Source of the DNA: an uncultured Gammaproteobacteria bacterium
GTDB taxonomy: Bacteria; Patescibacteriota; Patescibacteriia; Patescibacteriales; UBA12465
Assembly (NCBI GenBank): GCA_964616855.1
Contig: CAZTUJ010000003.1
Span: forward strand, 4,963-68,962
Direction: 5' to 3'
DNA: 64,000 bases
Below are positions 1 through 9,321 of the stretch, piece after piece. A program made the position numbers and the translations under genes. The notes beneath the pieces are model-generated. The model did no database searches, was not told the origin of the DNA, and saw only the letters and a program-made list of their open reading frames with translations. Each line of letters begins with the position of its first letter. The stretch's first letter is position 1.

Positions 1-2
1 TA

Positions 3-506
3 TTATATGCGGCTTTAGTGGGCTCCGCTAATAACGCCGTAGAAACTTTAGTGAGGGTAAGCGGTCTCAGTCGCCCTGATTTTATTAAGAAGATGAATGA
101 AACGGTAAAGACCTGGGGAGCTCAACATACAAATTTTATTGAACCCACCGGACTATCTCCAGAAAATGTGAGTTCTCCGCTTGATTATGCTATAATAACT
201 AGAGAGTTATACAAGAATCCTTTATTGAAAAAAATTAGTACAACGGCTAAATATTCTTTTACGACCATCAACAAAAAAATTAAGCATAATTTAAGTAATA
301 CCAACGGCCTGATTCTCTCTGGTAACTATAAAATTAATGGCTCCAAGACTGGATATTTAGATGAAGCTGGCTATTGTTTGATGACGAGAGTGGAAAGTCC
401 GTCCGGAAATTTAATCATTGTTAATTTTGGTGCTAAAAGTAAAGACGATAATTTTAAAGATAATGAGCAACTCATCCGCTACGGCCTGAAACAGCTTGCT
501 CAATAA
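3..506 (+). CDS. D-alanyl-D-alanine carboxypeptidase, peptidase S11/PBP5-type (C-terminal part; 5' end lies left of the window)
   Basis: The frame is open from the window edge (..LYAALVGSANNAVETL..). An SxN-type motif (GSANNA) and a KTG motif (NGSKTGYLDEAGYC) occur in the order expected for low-MW class C PBPs. Confidence 0.7.
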   Translation, partial: LYAALVGSANNAVETLVRVSGLSRPDFIKKMNETVKTWGAQHTNFIEPTGLSPENVSSPLDYAIITRELYKNPLLKKISTTAKYSFTTINKKIKHNLSNTNGLILSGNYKINGSKTGYLDEAGYCLMTRVESPSGNLIIVNFGAKSKDDNFKDNEQLIRYGLKQLAQ

Positions 507-513
507 TTAGTAT

Positions 514-1194
514 ATGATTACCTTGCTCCATGTTTCAAAAAGCTATTCCCGTAATCGCCCTATTTTAAATGATGTTAATATTCATATTAAAGCGGGGGAA
601 TTTGTTTCCGTGGTGGGTCAGTCCGGTGCTGGTAAAACGACTTTGGTCAAGCTTTTAATTGGCGAAGAGCGAGCGGATGAAGGCCAGGTGGTGATTGGTG
701 ATTGGGATATTACCCGTCTTGGCCGTCACGAGGTTCCTTATTTGCGCCGTCAGATTGGTGTAATTTTTCAAGATTTTAAATTATTACCCAAGAAAACTTT
801 ACGCGAGAATGTTTCTTTCGCTTTAGAGGTTTGTGGAGCGAGCCAAGCAAAAATAAAAAAAATTGTGCCGAGTGTCCTTAAGATTGTTGGCTTGGAAGAT
901 AAACATGGACGCTACCCTCATGAAGTTTCCGGGGGCGAACAACAACGGGCGGCGATTGCTCGCGCTTTAGTCCATCAGCCTCGCATTCTATTAGCGGATG
1001 AACCAACTGGTAATTTAGATGCGATTAACGCTGATGAAATTATCGACCTTTTATTGCGTATCAATAAATTTGGGACCACTGTAATTTTAGTCACGCATAA
1101 TAAGGAAATAGTTAATCGCCTTAACCGTCGCGTTATTACGATGGACAAGGGGGCAGTGGTGAGTGATCAAGCTCATGGTAAATATCTGCTTTAA
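514..1194 (+). CDS. ftsE: Cell-division ABC transporter ATP-binding protein FtsE
   Basis: Walker A GQSGAGKTT, ABC signature VSGGEQQR and Walker B ILLADEPTGNLD are present. The protein is 226 aa and is followed by ftsX. Confidence 0.9.
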   Translation: MITLLHVSKSYSRNRPILNDVNIHIKAGEFVSVVGQSGAGKTTLVKLLIGEERADEGQVVIGDWDITRLGRHEVPYLRRQIGVIFQDFKLLPKKTLRENVSFALEVCGASQAKIKKIVPSVLKIVGLEDKHGRYPHEVSGGEQQRAAIARALVHQPRILLADEPTGNLDAINADEIIDLLLRINKFGTTVILVTHNKEIVNRLNRRVITMDKGAVVSDQAHGKYLL

Positions 1195-1204
1195 TTAATT
1201 TTTT

Positions 1205-2113
1205 ATGTTATCTTTCTTGCGCATCATCAAGTTTAGCTTACAAGATATCGTCCGCAATATCTGGCTTTCGATTGTCACCATTACCATTCTCCTCCTCGCC
1301 TTACTTTCTATTAATACCTTGTTGACTGTCAGGGTTGTGAGCGATAATGCCGTTAATGCCGTTAAAGAGAAAATTGATATCAGCCTTTATCTCAAACCAG
1401 AAGCTTCAGAAAATGATATTGCTGCTTTGCGCTCCCGTCTTGCTGGTATGCCAGAGATTAAAAGCGTTAGTTATACTTCTAAGCAAGATGCTTTAGATTC
1501 TTTCAGGGGGAAATATCGCGATAATCCAGAGATCCTTCAGGCTTTACGGGAATTAGGGAGTAATCCTTTATCGCCGAGTTTGGCCATTACGCCGGCTGAT
1601 TTTGATAATACCGGCAACTTAGTTAATTCTTTGCGTCAGTTGGACTCTGATATTATCGAATCCCGTGACTTTAGCGATAATACGGCTGTGGTTACTAAAA
1701 TTCAGAGTGTTACCGATCGCGTGAATGAAGTCGGGGCTATTATTATTGTCATCTTTGTCTTAACAAGCTTATTGGTGGTCTATAACTCTATCAGAGTAGC
1801 CGTTTATACGCACAAGAAAGAGATTGAAATTATGCGTTTAGTTGGCGCCTCCAATTTCTTTGTCTACATGCCTTTTCTTTTCTCTGCCTTTATCTACGCT
1901 CTTATTAGCATCTTAGTGATGATTGCTATTTTCTATCCTTTTCTGACTCTTTTCCAGCCTTACCTTGAGGTTTTCCTGGCTGGCTATAACGTTAACCTAC
2001 TCAGTTATTTTGTCTATAATTTTATCCCAGTCTTTGGTATGCAATTTGGTATTATTTTCCTAATCACCCTTTTAGCTAGTTTCTTTGCGGTCAGAAAATA
2101 CGCACGCGTTTAG
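1205..2113 (+). CDS. ftsX: Cell-division permease-like protein FtsX
   Basis: It has an N-terminal TM helix, a large extracytoplasmic loop and three C-terminal TM helices. It starts 10 nt after ftsE. Confidence 0.85.
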   Translation: MLSFLRIIKFSLQDIVRNIWLSIVTITILLLALLSINTLLTVRVVSDNAVNAVKEKIDISLYLKPEASENDIAALRSRLAGMPEIKSVSYTSKQDALDSFRGKYRDNPEILQALRELGSNPLSPSLAITPADFDNTGNLVNSLRQLDSDIIESRDFSDNTAVVTKIQSVTDRVNEVGAIIIVIFVLTSLLVVYNSIRVAVYTHKKEIEIMRLVGASNFFVYMPFLFSAFIYALISILVMIAIFYPFLTLFQPYLEVFLAGYNVNLLSYFVYNFIPVFGMQFGIIFLITLLASFFAVRKYARV

Positions 2114-2119
2114 ATAAAA

Positions 2120-2155
2120 AGAAGGCGTTTTTTAGATTTAAGGCGCCTTTTTATA
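2120..2155 (+). terminator. Putative intrinsic terminator after ftsX
   Basis: AAGGCG ... CGCCTT stem (containing the AAGGCGCCTT palindrome) followed by a T-run. Confidence 0.45.
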
Positions 2156-2201
2156 TTTGATTTGACGGGAAGTGATAAATTTAATAAGATAAGCTCAGAT
2201 T

Positions 2202-2272
2202 TCGGGGATCGTCTAATGGTAGGACAGTGGCCTTTGAAGCCATCAATCATGGTTCGAATCCATGTCCCCGAG
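2202..2272 (+). tRNA. tRNA-Gln (anticodon UUG)
   Basis: Hand-folded cloverleaf. Acceptor TCGGGGA/TCCCCGA with U1-A72 and G73; D arm GTCT/GGAC; anticodon stem GTGGC/GCCAT with loop CTTTGAA; T arm CATGG-TTCGAAT-CCATG. CCA is not encoded (GCA follows). Confidence 0.9.
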
Positions 2273-2281
2273 CAATACATT

Positions 2282-2308
2282 AAATAGGCTAATTTTGGCC
2301 TATTTTTT
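2282..2308 (+). terminator. Intrinsic terminator after tRNA-Gln
   Basis: AAATAGGC / GCCTATTT stem followed by a T-run. Confidence 0.6.
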
Positions 2309-2317
2309 GTTGTATGA

Positions 2318-2346
2318 TTGACATTATTGATTTTTTGTGATATATT
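2318..2346 (+). promoter_or_regulatory. Sigma70-like promoter (TTGACA-17-TATATT) for the 2458 gene
   Basis: Consensus -35 TTGACA at 2318-2323, a 17-nt spacer, and TATATT at 2341-2346. This leaves a leader of about 105 nt. Confidence 0.55.
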
Positions 2347-2457
2347 TATACATTCGTGTAAAATGGGTGGCACGATAAACGCTATGAAGATAGCAAAGGG
2401 CTCTAAAAGCCTGGAAATACATCCAGTTCATTAAAACTTCATAAAAATTATTACATC

Positions 2458-3795
2458 ATGAAAAAAATTCTTGTTTTTCTGCTCAGGGTTATTCTTACCC
2501 TCATCGTTCCGGCTATTTTTGTCGGATTAATTATCTTCGCTCTCCAGCAGAGTTTTGCTGTGGGCCTTGTTATCCTGCTCGGCTCAATCGTGGTGCAGGT
2601 GATATTGGCTAATAAGTTTGAGGATGAGTTTTCCTTCGGGGAATTCAAAAGCTTATCCTTCGAAGAGCACACCGAGGATGAGTGCCGTTCTAAAAGATTA
2701 AACATCTTGTTTAATCTAACCAAAATTGCCAGCGTGTTAGCCTTTTTACAGTTGATTAGGGTAAATTACCCTTCTACAAATCCGTTTGGAGATTTAGGAC
2801 TGGTAATACTCATCTCGGTGATTTCGATCCTCCTACTCATTACCATCTTTAAAAAGCGTGGGAGTTCTTATAGCACTCTTAGAACTTGCTTGGTCTTGAT
2901 CGTGGTCGGCTTAATCTCCACGTTCTTTTATCTCTACTTTGGTACTCAATTACTCTGGGCACTGTTAGCTTTATTTGTTGTTTCCGCCTTCCTATTTGAT
3001 GGCTTTGAAGAACTTGAGGATAAGTTTGGGTTATCTGATATTTCTTTTATAGTTTCATCCAGTATTATTTTTGTGTTAACAGCCATAGTTAGTACTATTA
3101 TTCAGTATTGGAGAGGGATTTCCGGCTTCTTTATTAAATTTTGGGAGGTAATTTCTAACTTCTTTATTAAATTTAATGTTGAATTTTGGGGTTTATCTGT
3201 CTGGTTCTGGCTTTTAGGCTTAATTGTTTTAATGGCTATTTGGTTTTTTATTGTTAAACTGATTAAACGTCAGCGTTCTCGGAAAGAAGCTAAGGCAAAA
3301 ATGATAAAGGAAGAAGAGGAAAAACAGAAAAGATTAAAGGCAAAAAAGGAAGAAGAGGAAAAACAGAAAAAAGCCGAAGAGGAAGCAGAAAAGAAAAGAA
3401 TTGAGAAATTACAAAATATTCTCAACTCTCTTGAAAAGGGCATTGCTCCAGAAGATTTAATTTATTTGGCTAAAAATAGGCTTTCCATTAAATTAGATAG
3501 CTACCCAGAATCTTTAATTAAAGTAAATTGGGAAGAATTTTTCCAAATTTCTGAATTAAAGAGGCAGATAGTCTGGCAACCTGAGCTGGAAGATGTTCTT
3601 TTCTTTTTCGGCTCTTTGTATGGAAAGTCTTATAAAGATGAAGAGCTAAAATTAATTTTAGGCTCGCTGAAAAATCTTTATGAGATTATTGCCCCTTACC
3701 CCGAATTTACGGGTATGAACAAACTCAATAATTTATTCGAAAAAACTACCCCGGAAATTCCGAGGACTTGGTTCAGGCCGGTAGAATCGGTTTAA
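2458..3795 (+). CDS. Hypothetical polytopic membrane protein with a K/E-rich coiled-coil segment and a soluble C-terminal domain
   Basis: 445-aa ORF with about 8 hydrophobic helices, then KEEEEKQKRLKAKKEEEEKQKKAEEEAEKKRIEKL. I recognise no family motif. Confidence 0.6.
   Translation: MKKILVFLLRVILTLIVPAIFVGLIIFALQQSFAVGLVILLGSIVVQVILANKFEDEFSFGEFKSLSFEEHTEDECRSKRLNILFNLTKIASVLAFLQLIRVNYPSTNPFGDLGLVILISVISILLLITIFKKRGSSYSTLRTCLVLIVVGLISTFFYLYFGTQLLWALLALFVVSAFLFDGFEELEDKFGLSDISFIVSSSIIFVLTAIVSTIIQYWRGISGFFIKFWEVISNFFIKFNVEFWGLSVWFWLLGLIVLMAIWFFIVKLIKRQRSRKEAKAKMIKEEEEKQKRLKAKKEEEEKQKKAEEEAEKKRIEKLQNILNSLEKGIAPEDLIYLAKNRLSIKLDSYPESLIKVNWEEFFQISELKRQIVWQPELEDVLFFFGSLYGKSYKDEELKLILGSLKNLYEIIAPYPEFTGMNKLNNLFEKTTPEIPRTWFRPVESV
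3307..3370 (+). repeat. In-frame 25-bp direct repeat (period 39 nt) encoding KEEEEKQK twice
   Basis: aaggaagaagaggaaaaacagaaaa occurs at 3307-3331 and again at 3346-3370. Confidence 0.8.
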
Positions 3796-3939
3796 ATCAA
3801 AAATAGTTTACCCCACTTAGCAGTAGACCCCCCCCGGTTTGCTGCTTTTTTTATTATTCAAATATAATTTAAAATTTTCCAAATAGCTTAAAACGTGCTA
3901 TTTTTATTATATATAGTTAATAATTTATCTAATAATATT

Positions 3940-4338
3940 ATGTTTATAAAGATTTATTTAATTGCCTTACCCTTGTTTTTGGCAATTGACATGATTTGGC
4001 TGGCGGTCATTGCTAAAGGTTTTTATGCGCGTCAGCTTGGTTTTTTAATGAGGCCGGATATTAACTGGTTGGCCGCCATCATTTTTTATCTTCTTTTTAT
4101 TGCCGGCCTGGTTATTTTTGTTATTGCTCCGGCTTTAGATAAGGGGTCTTGGCAGCAGGCGCTTCTGTTTGGCGCCTTGTTCGGTTTAATCACTTATGCC
4201 ACTTATGATTTAACTAATTTAGCCACCTTGAAAGATTGGCCCTTGATGGTCACTATTGTTGATTTAATTTGGGGAGCCTTTATTGCCGCTGCTGTTTCTG
4301 GACTTACTTATTTTATTGCGCTTAAGATTAATTTATGA
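3940..4338 (+). CDS. Small 4-TM membrane protein, DUF2177-like
   Basis: Begins MFIKIYLIALPLFLAIDMIWLAVIAKGFYARQLG... and is about 132 aa. I placed the start at the internal ATG, since the 3895 extension looks spurious. It has an ATGA overlap with the next gene. The family assignment is from memory of the N-terminal motif. Confidence 0.5.
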   Translation: MFIKIYLIALPLFLAIDMIWLAVIAKGFYARQLGFLMRPDINWLAAIIFYLLFIAGLVIFVIAPALDKGSWQQALLFGALFGLITYATYDLTNLATLKDWPLMVTIVDLIWGAFIAAAVSGLTYFIALKINL

Positions 4339-5111
4339 ACAATTATTTATTATTAGCACTTATTCTTTTGGGCTACATGAGTTTGTGGTTTTTGATATCA
4401 GTCGTAAAGAAGAGAAATGATGTCGCTGATATTGCTTGGGGACTCGGCTTCACCCTTCTTGCCTGGAGTTCTTTTTTCGTTTTTGAAAGTTTTAGTTTTC
4501 GTAGTTTACTTGTTAATATTCTAGTTAGTATTTGGGGCCTGCGTTTAGCTTGGCACATTCATCGTCGGAATAGAAACAAACAAGAAGATTATCGTTATTT
4601 AGCTTGGCGTAAAGAATGGGGCCGATTTTTTTATATTCGCTCCTATCTTCAAGTATATCTTCTTCAGGGAACACTGTTATATTTAATTATCGTGCCAGTA
4701 CTTTTAATTAATAGTAATACCGGAGCTTCATTTAATATCATTGATGGCTTTGGTATTTTAGTTTGGTTGCTTGGCTTCTTTTTTGAAGCTGTTGGTGATG
4801 CTCAGTTAGCTAGGTTTTTGCAAGACCAGACTAATAAAGGCAAGATTATGCAGTCAGGTTTGTGGCACTACTCTCGACACCCCAACTATTTTGGGGAAGT
4901 AACTCAATGGTGGGGAATATTCTTACTCGCTTTAAGTTTACCCCATGGTTGGCTGGGAATTATTGGGCCGCTTACTATCACGATTTTAATCTTGAAAGTT
5001 TCCGGCATTCCTATGCTGGAGAAGAAAATGGCAGAAAATCCAGAATTTACTGAATATAAAAAGAAGACTAGTATTTTTATACCCTTACCCGTTAGAAATT
5101 ATAAAAGCTAA
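4335..5111 (+). CDS. DUF1295 / steroid-5-alpha-reductase-like (ICMT-superfamily) membrane protein
   Basis: Multi-TM protein with the C-terminal motif GLWHYSRHPNYFGE typical of this superfamily. Confidence 0.7.
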   Translation: MNNYLLLALILLGYMSLWFLISVVKKRNDVADIAWGLGFTLLAWSSFFVFESFSFRSLLVNILVSIWGLRLAWHIHRRNRNKQEDYRYLAWRKEWGRFFYIRSYLQVYLLQGTLLYLIIVPVLLINSNTGASFNIIDGFGILVWLLGFFFEAVGDAQLARFLQDQTNKGKIMQSGLWHYSRHPNYFGEVTQWWGIFLLALSLPHGWLGIIGPLTITILILKVSGIPMLEKKMAENPEFTEYKKKTSIFIPLPVRNYKS

Positions 5112-5119
5112 AAATTTAT

Positions 5120-5569
5120 ATGTTTTATCACCAGTATCTGAAAAAACTAAAATTTTGTCCTTTTTGTAGATCAGCCGATCGCATTTTTTTGGAAAGAGAG
5201 CATGCTTATCTGACCTATGCCAAATCTCCCTATCATCCCCACCATCTTTTAGTCACCCCCAAAAGACACGTGGTCTCTTTTTTTAGTTTAAGGCCTGAGG
5301 AAAAGAAGGATATTGATGCATTAATAAAAGTCGGAGCGGCTTTGTTGAAAAAATTAAAGTATCGTAATTTTACAGTTTTAGTCCGAGAAGGTGATCAGAT
5401 TAATAAAAGTATTAGACATCTTCATTATCATCTCATTCCCAATGATCGCATTGGTGATCTTGATCATCAGGGTCAGCCTCGGAAAATTTTATCTGATCAA
5501 GAAATTACTTCTTTATCTACCCAGATTCACTCTTTACTTAATCGCCGGAAGAAGGCTAAGATAGGGTAG
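5120..5569 (+). CDS. HIT-family nucleotide hydrolase/transferase
   Basis: Histidine-triad motif HLHYHLIP, plus an N-terminal CPFC. Confidence 0.75.
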   Translation: MFYHQYLKKLKFCPFCRSADRIFLEREHAYLTYAKSPYHPHHLLVTPKRHVVSFFSLRPEEKKDIDALIKVGAALLKKLKYRNFTVLVREGDQINKSIRHLHYHLIPNDRIGDLDHQGQPRKILSDQEITSLSTQIHSLLNRRKKAKIG

Positions 5570-5574
5570 ACTAT

Positions 5575-6825
5575 ATGCCTAAATTAAAAAAGCCGGAACT
5601 TTTAGCTCCGGGTGGTAATCTAGAAAAATTAAAAACAGCTTTGGCGCATGGCGCTGATGCTATTTATTGTGGTTTACCCGACTTTTCTTTGCGTACTCGG
5701 GTAAATGATTTTTCTTTGGCAGATATCAAGAAGGGGCTATTATTAGCTCATCAAGAGGGAAAGAAGCTTTATATTACCCTTAATATTATTGCTCGTGATG
5801 GGCATTTGGCTAGTTTAAAAAAACATGTCCGTCAACTACGCGCTCTTGGTCCTGACGCTTTATTTATTGCCGACCCTGGGGTTTTAGAGACGGTAAAATC
5901 GGTCTGGCCGGAGGCGCGCTTAAGTTTAAGTACTCAGGCTAATTGTACCAATGCCGCTTCTGCTCGTTTTTGGGCAAAACAGGGGTTTAAGCGTTTAATA
6001 TTATCTCGGGAATTAAGTCTAAAAGAAATTACCGCTATTAAGGCAGGGGCTGGTAAAACGGAAATTGAAGTCTTTGTTCATGGCGCTTTATGTAGTTCTT
6101 ATTCCGGGCGTTGTTTCCTTTCTGATTATTATATTGGGCGTAGCGCTAATTTAGGTGACTGTGCTCAGCCCTGTCGTTGGGAATATGAAATTAAGCCAGC
6201 CGGCCATGATAAATCTCTAATAATCGGAGAAGATGGACACGGAACCTATTTACTCAATTCCCAAGATCTTTGTCTTTTGGAGCGCCTACCCGAAATTATT
6301 GCTAGTGGTGTTGACGCTTTAAAGATTGAGGGCCGGGCAAAGAGTGTTTATTATTTAGCCAATGTCGTGGGCGCCTATCGTCGTGGCATTGATTTAGTTT
6401 GTTCGGGTAAGTCGAAAGCAGTGGTAAAGAAAGAGTTGGCTTGGTTGAAGGCGGAGTTATTGGAAAAGTTGAATCATCGTGGCTATACGGAAGGTTTTAT
6501 GTTTCCTGGTAAGGTGGTGATGCAAAATTATGAAGGTAATTTTCCTTCTTCTCCCTGGGAATTTTGTGGACAAGTGCTTTCTTCTCGTCGCGTTGGTAAT
6601 AGCTATGAATTAACAGTTAAGGTACACAATACTTTATTGGCAACGGATAAATTAGAAATTATCGCCCCTGCTTATCAGGTAGAAACTTTGGAGGCGGCCA
6701 CGATGCGCGATGCTCAGACGGGCTTAGCTCTCAGTGAGGCTCATGGTGGCGGTGGTGAGCGGCAAGTTTTAATTAAGGCTTCTCAGGCTTGGCCGGCCTA
6801 TAGCGTCTTACGCCGACGATTATAA
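5575..6825 (+). CDS. Peptidase U32 family protein (RlhA/TrhP-like)
   Basis: N-terminus PELLAPGGNLEKLKTALAHGADAIYCG, with conserved cysteines in ALCSSYSGRCFLS and GDCAQPC. 416 aa. Confidence 0.8.
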   Translation: MPKLKKPELLAPGGNLEKLKTALAHGADAIYCGLPDFSLRTRVNDFSLADIKKGLLLAHQEGKKLYITLNIIARDGHLASLKKHVRQLRALGPDALFIADPGVLETVKSVWPEARLSLSTQANCTNAASARFWAKQGFKRLILSRELSLKEITAIKAGAGKTEIEVFVHGALCSSYSGRCFLSDYYIGRSANLGDCAQPCRWEYEIKPAGHDKSLIIGEDGHGTYLLNSQDLCLLERLPEIIASGVDALKIEGRAKSVYYLANVVGAYRRGIDLVCSGKSKAVVKKELAWLKAELLEKLNHRGYTEGFMFPGKVVMQNYEGNFPSSPWEFCGQVLSSRRVGNSYELTVKVHNTLLATDKLEIIAPAYQVETLEAATMRDAQTGLALSEAHGGGGERQVLIKASQAWPAYSVLRRRL

Positions 6826-6852
6826 AAAACAACCTTGGCAAGTTGTTTTTTC
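6824..6852. terminator. Bidirectional terminator between convergent genes
   Basis: AAAAAACAAC cttggcaa GTTGTTTTTT. Confidence 0.6.
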
Positions 6853-6875
6853 TATATTTACTGCTTATTTATATT

Positions 6876-7352
6876 CTAGTGAAAATAGCGAGCAATTAGT
6901 CCGCCGATAGTATTACTTAAGATTAAGACGGCAATTGCCACCCCCAGGTGTTCGCCTAGACTCTCCCAGCGGCTCTGTCCTTGGCTCTGTGCCATTTTAT
7001 AGCTTAAGATGCTGAGAATACTCAAGCCCCAGATAATACTGATAATTAGGGCGGTGGGCAGGGAAAAGATAATGACGGGAATAAGAAAGGTAAGGGCAAA
7101 GAGAAATTTAAAAAGGAAGGTAAAGCCGGTCGCTTCCCAGACTTCTTTAGCGATGGCACCTGGCTCCGTCTCTTTAGCGACGTGAACGCCGAGAGCGTCA
7201 GAGAAGGCGTCAGCGATAGCGATAGTGAGGATGCCGCCAATTACCGCCAGCTTCGAGCCAATGGAGGCGTTTAAGCCAATCATTAGACCGAGGGTAGTAA
7301 TAACAGCCGAGGTGAGACCGAAGCCGAGACCGGCACGGAGTGATTTTTTCAT
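6876..7352 (-). CDS. Small membrane protein, VIT1/CCC1-like (tentative)
   Basis: 158 aa with 4-5 TM helices. The segment IAIADAFSDALGVHVAKE resembles the acidic helix motif of VIT-family proteins. This is a weak, motif-level call. Confidence 0.4.
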   Translation of the reverse strand: MKKSLRAGLGFGLTSAVITTLGLMIGLNASIGSKLAVIGGILTIAIADAFSDALGVHVAKETEPGAIAKEVWEATGFTFLFKFLFALTFLIPVIIFSLPTALIISIIWGLSILSILSYKMAQSQGQSRWESLGEHLGVAIAVLILSNTIGGLIARYFH

Positions 7353-7391
7353 AAATTTTATTTTTTATTATTATAGCATTTATAGGTTTTT

Positions 7392-8516
7392 ATGTCTTGG
7401 GGGCTATTCAAGTCTAAATATTTTTATCTCTCTTTACTTGGGGTTATTATTTTTCTAGGTATATTTTTGTTTTATTATAAATTTGTCGGGGAGGAGAACT
7501 GGCTTTATCCTTCACCCTTACAGAATCATATTAAAACTAACGTTTCCTTGCCCTCTTCAGACGATTTACCTCAGCGGAAGCCGCTAACTTTAATATTTGG
7601 TGGCGACGTGATGCTCTCTCGTACCGTGAACGCCAAGATGCTTGCTTATAATGACTACGAGTGGCCCTTTATTAAGATTGCCACTACTACCGCGGCGGCT
7701 GATATTACTATTTTTAATCTTGAATCGCCTTTTCTTAAAGATGCTGACTATTATGTCCCCACCGGTTCCTTTTCTTTTAAGGCTGATCCGCAAGCTGTCG
7801 TCGGCTTAGTTTTGGCGGGAACCGATCTTGTGTCTTTGGCAAATAATCATATCTTAAATGCTGGGCGACAAGGCTTGAGCGATACTTTAGAAATTTTACA
7901 GGATAATGATATTGCTGTTGTCGGCGCTGGCTTGAATGAAGAGGCGGCTGGTCGGGGAACTTTAATTGAAAAACAGGGGTGGCGGGTAGCTTTTCTCGCT
8001 TATGCCTATCCTCAGGATAACAGCGTCGCGACTATGGAAAGAGCGGGAATTACTTCTTTAGACGAAGAACGGTTAGTGAGCGATATCGCTTATTGGCGGG
8101 AGCAGGCTGATTTAGTAATTATCTTAATGCACGCCGGTACTGAATATACGGCGCAAGCAGGGGTGGAACAGATAGCTTTTGCGCACGCGGCGATTGACGC
8201 CGGGGCGGATGCGGTTATTGGCCATCATCCCCACTGGCCGCAGAACTGGGAGCTTTATAATGATAAGCCGATTTTCTATTCTTTAGGCAATTTTGTCTTT
8301 GATCAGATGTGGTCAGTGGGCACTAGTCAAGGATTATTAGCACGTTTAGTTTTTCAACCAGATCTTTCCGGTGAAGCGGAATTGTTGCCGTTGGTTATTA
8401 AAGATTATGGACAGGTTAATCTTTGGCCAGAAGAAAAAGATGTTGCTAGTTTTTGGGATGTTTATGGTTTAAAACCGCCACTTGATTTAAGTTGGTCAAC
8501 GCCCGTTGGCAATTAG
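7392..8516 (+). CDS. CapA/PGA_cap family metallophosphatase-like protein
   Basis: N-terminal TM helix, then FGGDVMLSR, NNH, MHAGTEY and GHHPH motifs. Confidence 0.8.
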   Translation: MSWGLFKSKYFYLSLLGVIIFLGIFLFYYKFVGEENWLYPSPLQNHIKTNVSLPSSDDLPQRKPLTLIFGGDVMLSRTVNAKMLAYNDYEWPFIKIATTTAAADITIFNLESPFLKDADYYVPTGSFSFKADPQAVVGLVLAGTDLVSLANNHILNAGRQGLSDTLEILQDNDIAVVGAGLNEEAAGRGTLIEKQGWRVAFLAYAYPQDNSVATMERAGITSLDEERLVSDIAYWREQADLVIILMHAGTEYTAQAGVEQIAFAHAAIDAGADAVIGHHPHWPQNWELYNDKPIFYSLGNFVFDQMWSVGTSQGLLARLVFQPDLSGEAELLPLVIKDYGQVNLWPEEKDVASFWDVYGLKPPLDLSWSTPVGN

Positions 8517-9321
8517 TTTCTAAGGGCTCTAGAAAAAGATTAAAACAATCTCCCTTTTTAAAGGCGGAGATTGTTTTTGTAGATAGGCGGCATTTTTCGC
8601 AGAGTTTTAAAATTAATTTCGCCTGTTGGCGGTAGTAGGCGGGTAATTGTTGAGAATTTGGCAATTTTTTTAAACCTCGATGGGCGAAATTTTTTCTTCC
8701 TGCTCGCCAGTCATCTTGATAGTCGTAAACATCATCAGCTAATTGCTTGGCCGCTAAAAAATATTTACCAGCCAGAAGTAATTTTTGCCTGTCCGCTTTT
8801 TTCCAGTTTAAAAATCCACTTAGTAACCAGGGGCCAGCCAGCAGGAATAGTGATTTACCAGCTGGGGCTAACTCGCCTGTCGGTGGTTTTCTTGGTGCTT
8901 GTATTTCTTGGAGATTAGCGGCATCGCTGGCTAGTAATAATTGCTGCCATTGCGCATAGTCAGAATCTTTTAGATTAACCCCAAGTTCTCGGCTTAAGTG
9001 CCAAGCGCTTTGGAGGCAGGCATTGGCGAGAAATAAGTTTTGGCGGGGAGTATTGGTTTTATCGGCTAAGTCGTCTTGCAGGTTGGCGGCGGTCCAAAGA
9101 TATAAGGCGGCGGCGCCAAGTTTTCTGGTAACTACGCGAGTTTTACTAGAAATTATTTTACTATCAGCGGCTATTTTTAGAGGCAGGAGTGACAGCAGTC
9201 CACTTCTATCATCTTTAAGGGTTTGTTGCCAGCTTGTTTTTAAACCTAAACTTAATAGCTGGGGCCAAGCTCGGTGTGCCTTTTCTGCTAGTTGGTGGAT
9301 TAGGGCTTGCTCTTTTATCAT
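8446..9321 (-). CDS. Hypothetical protein with two DDxxD motifs (class I isoprenoid-synthase-like)
   Basis: 291 aa. LQDDLADK lies near residue 83 and LADDVYDYQDD near residue 196. It has an ATGA start/stop overlap with the upstream histidine kinase, and its 3' end overlaps capA by 71 nt (convergent). Confidence 0.45.
   Translation of the reverse strand: MIKEQALIHQLAEKAHRAWPQLLSLGLKTSWQQTLKDDRSGLLSLLPLKIAADSKIISSKTRVVTRKLGAAALYLWTAANLQDDLADKTNTPRQNLFLANACLQSAWHLSRELGVNLKDSDYAQWQQLLLASDAANLQEIQAPRKPPTGELAPAGKSLFLLAGPWLLSGFLNWKKADRQKLLLAGKYFLAAKQLADDVYDYQDDWRAGRKNFAHRGLKKLPNSQQLPAYYRQQAKLILKLCEKCRLSTKTISAFKKGDCFNLFLEPLETNCQRALTNLNQVAVLNHKHPKN

Noticed and set aside
375-400. GGAAAGTCCG string resembling the RNase P RNA P4 core
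   Set aside because: It lies inside the PBP5-type coding frame, and none of the flanking RNase P helices are present.
2110-2723. Minus-strand ORFs 2110-2373 and 2451-2723
   Set aside because: The first runs through tRNA-Gln and two terminator hairpins. The second is antisense to the start of the 445-aa membrane protein. Neither is credible.
3307-3370. Direct repeats considered as a possible CRISPR or minisatellite
   Set aside because: There are only two copies. They are in-frame within a coding region and encode a K/E-rich coiled coil. No repeat-spacer architecture exists anywhere in the window.
3895-3939. N-terminal extensions offered by the ORF track. Examples are 3895, 11647, 13876, 15710, 27007, 48825, 54159 and 58593.
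   Set aside because: In each case an internal ATG gives the conserved family N-terminus (for example [41 protein letters not shown]). The extension would run over a promoter, a CIRCE element or the upstream gene.
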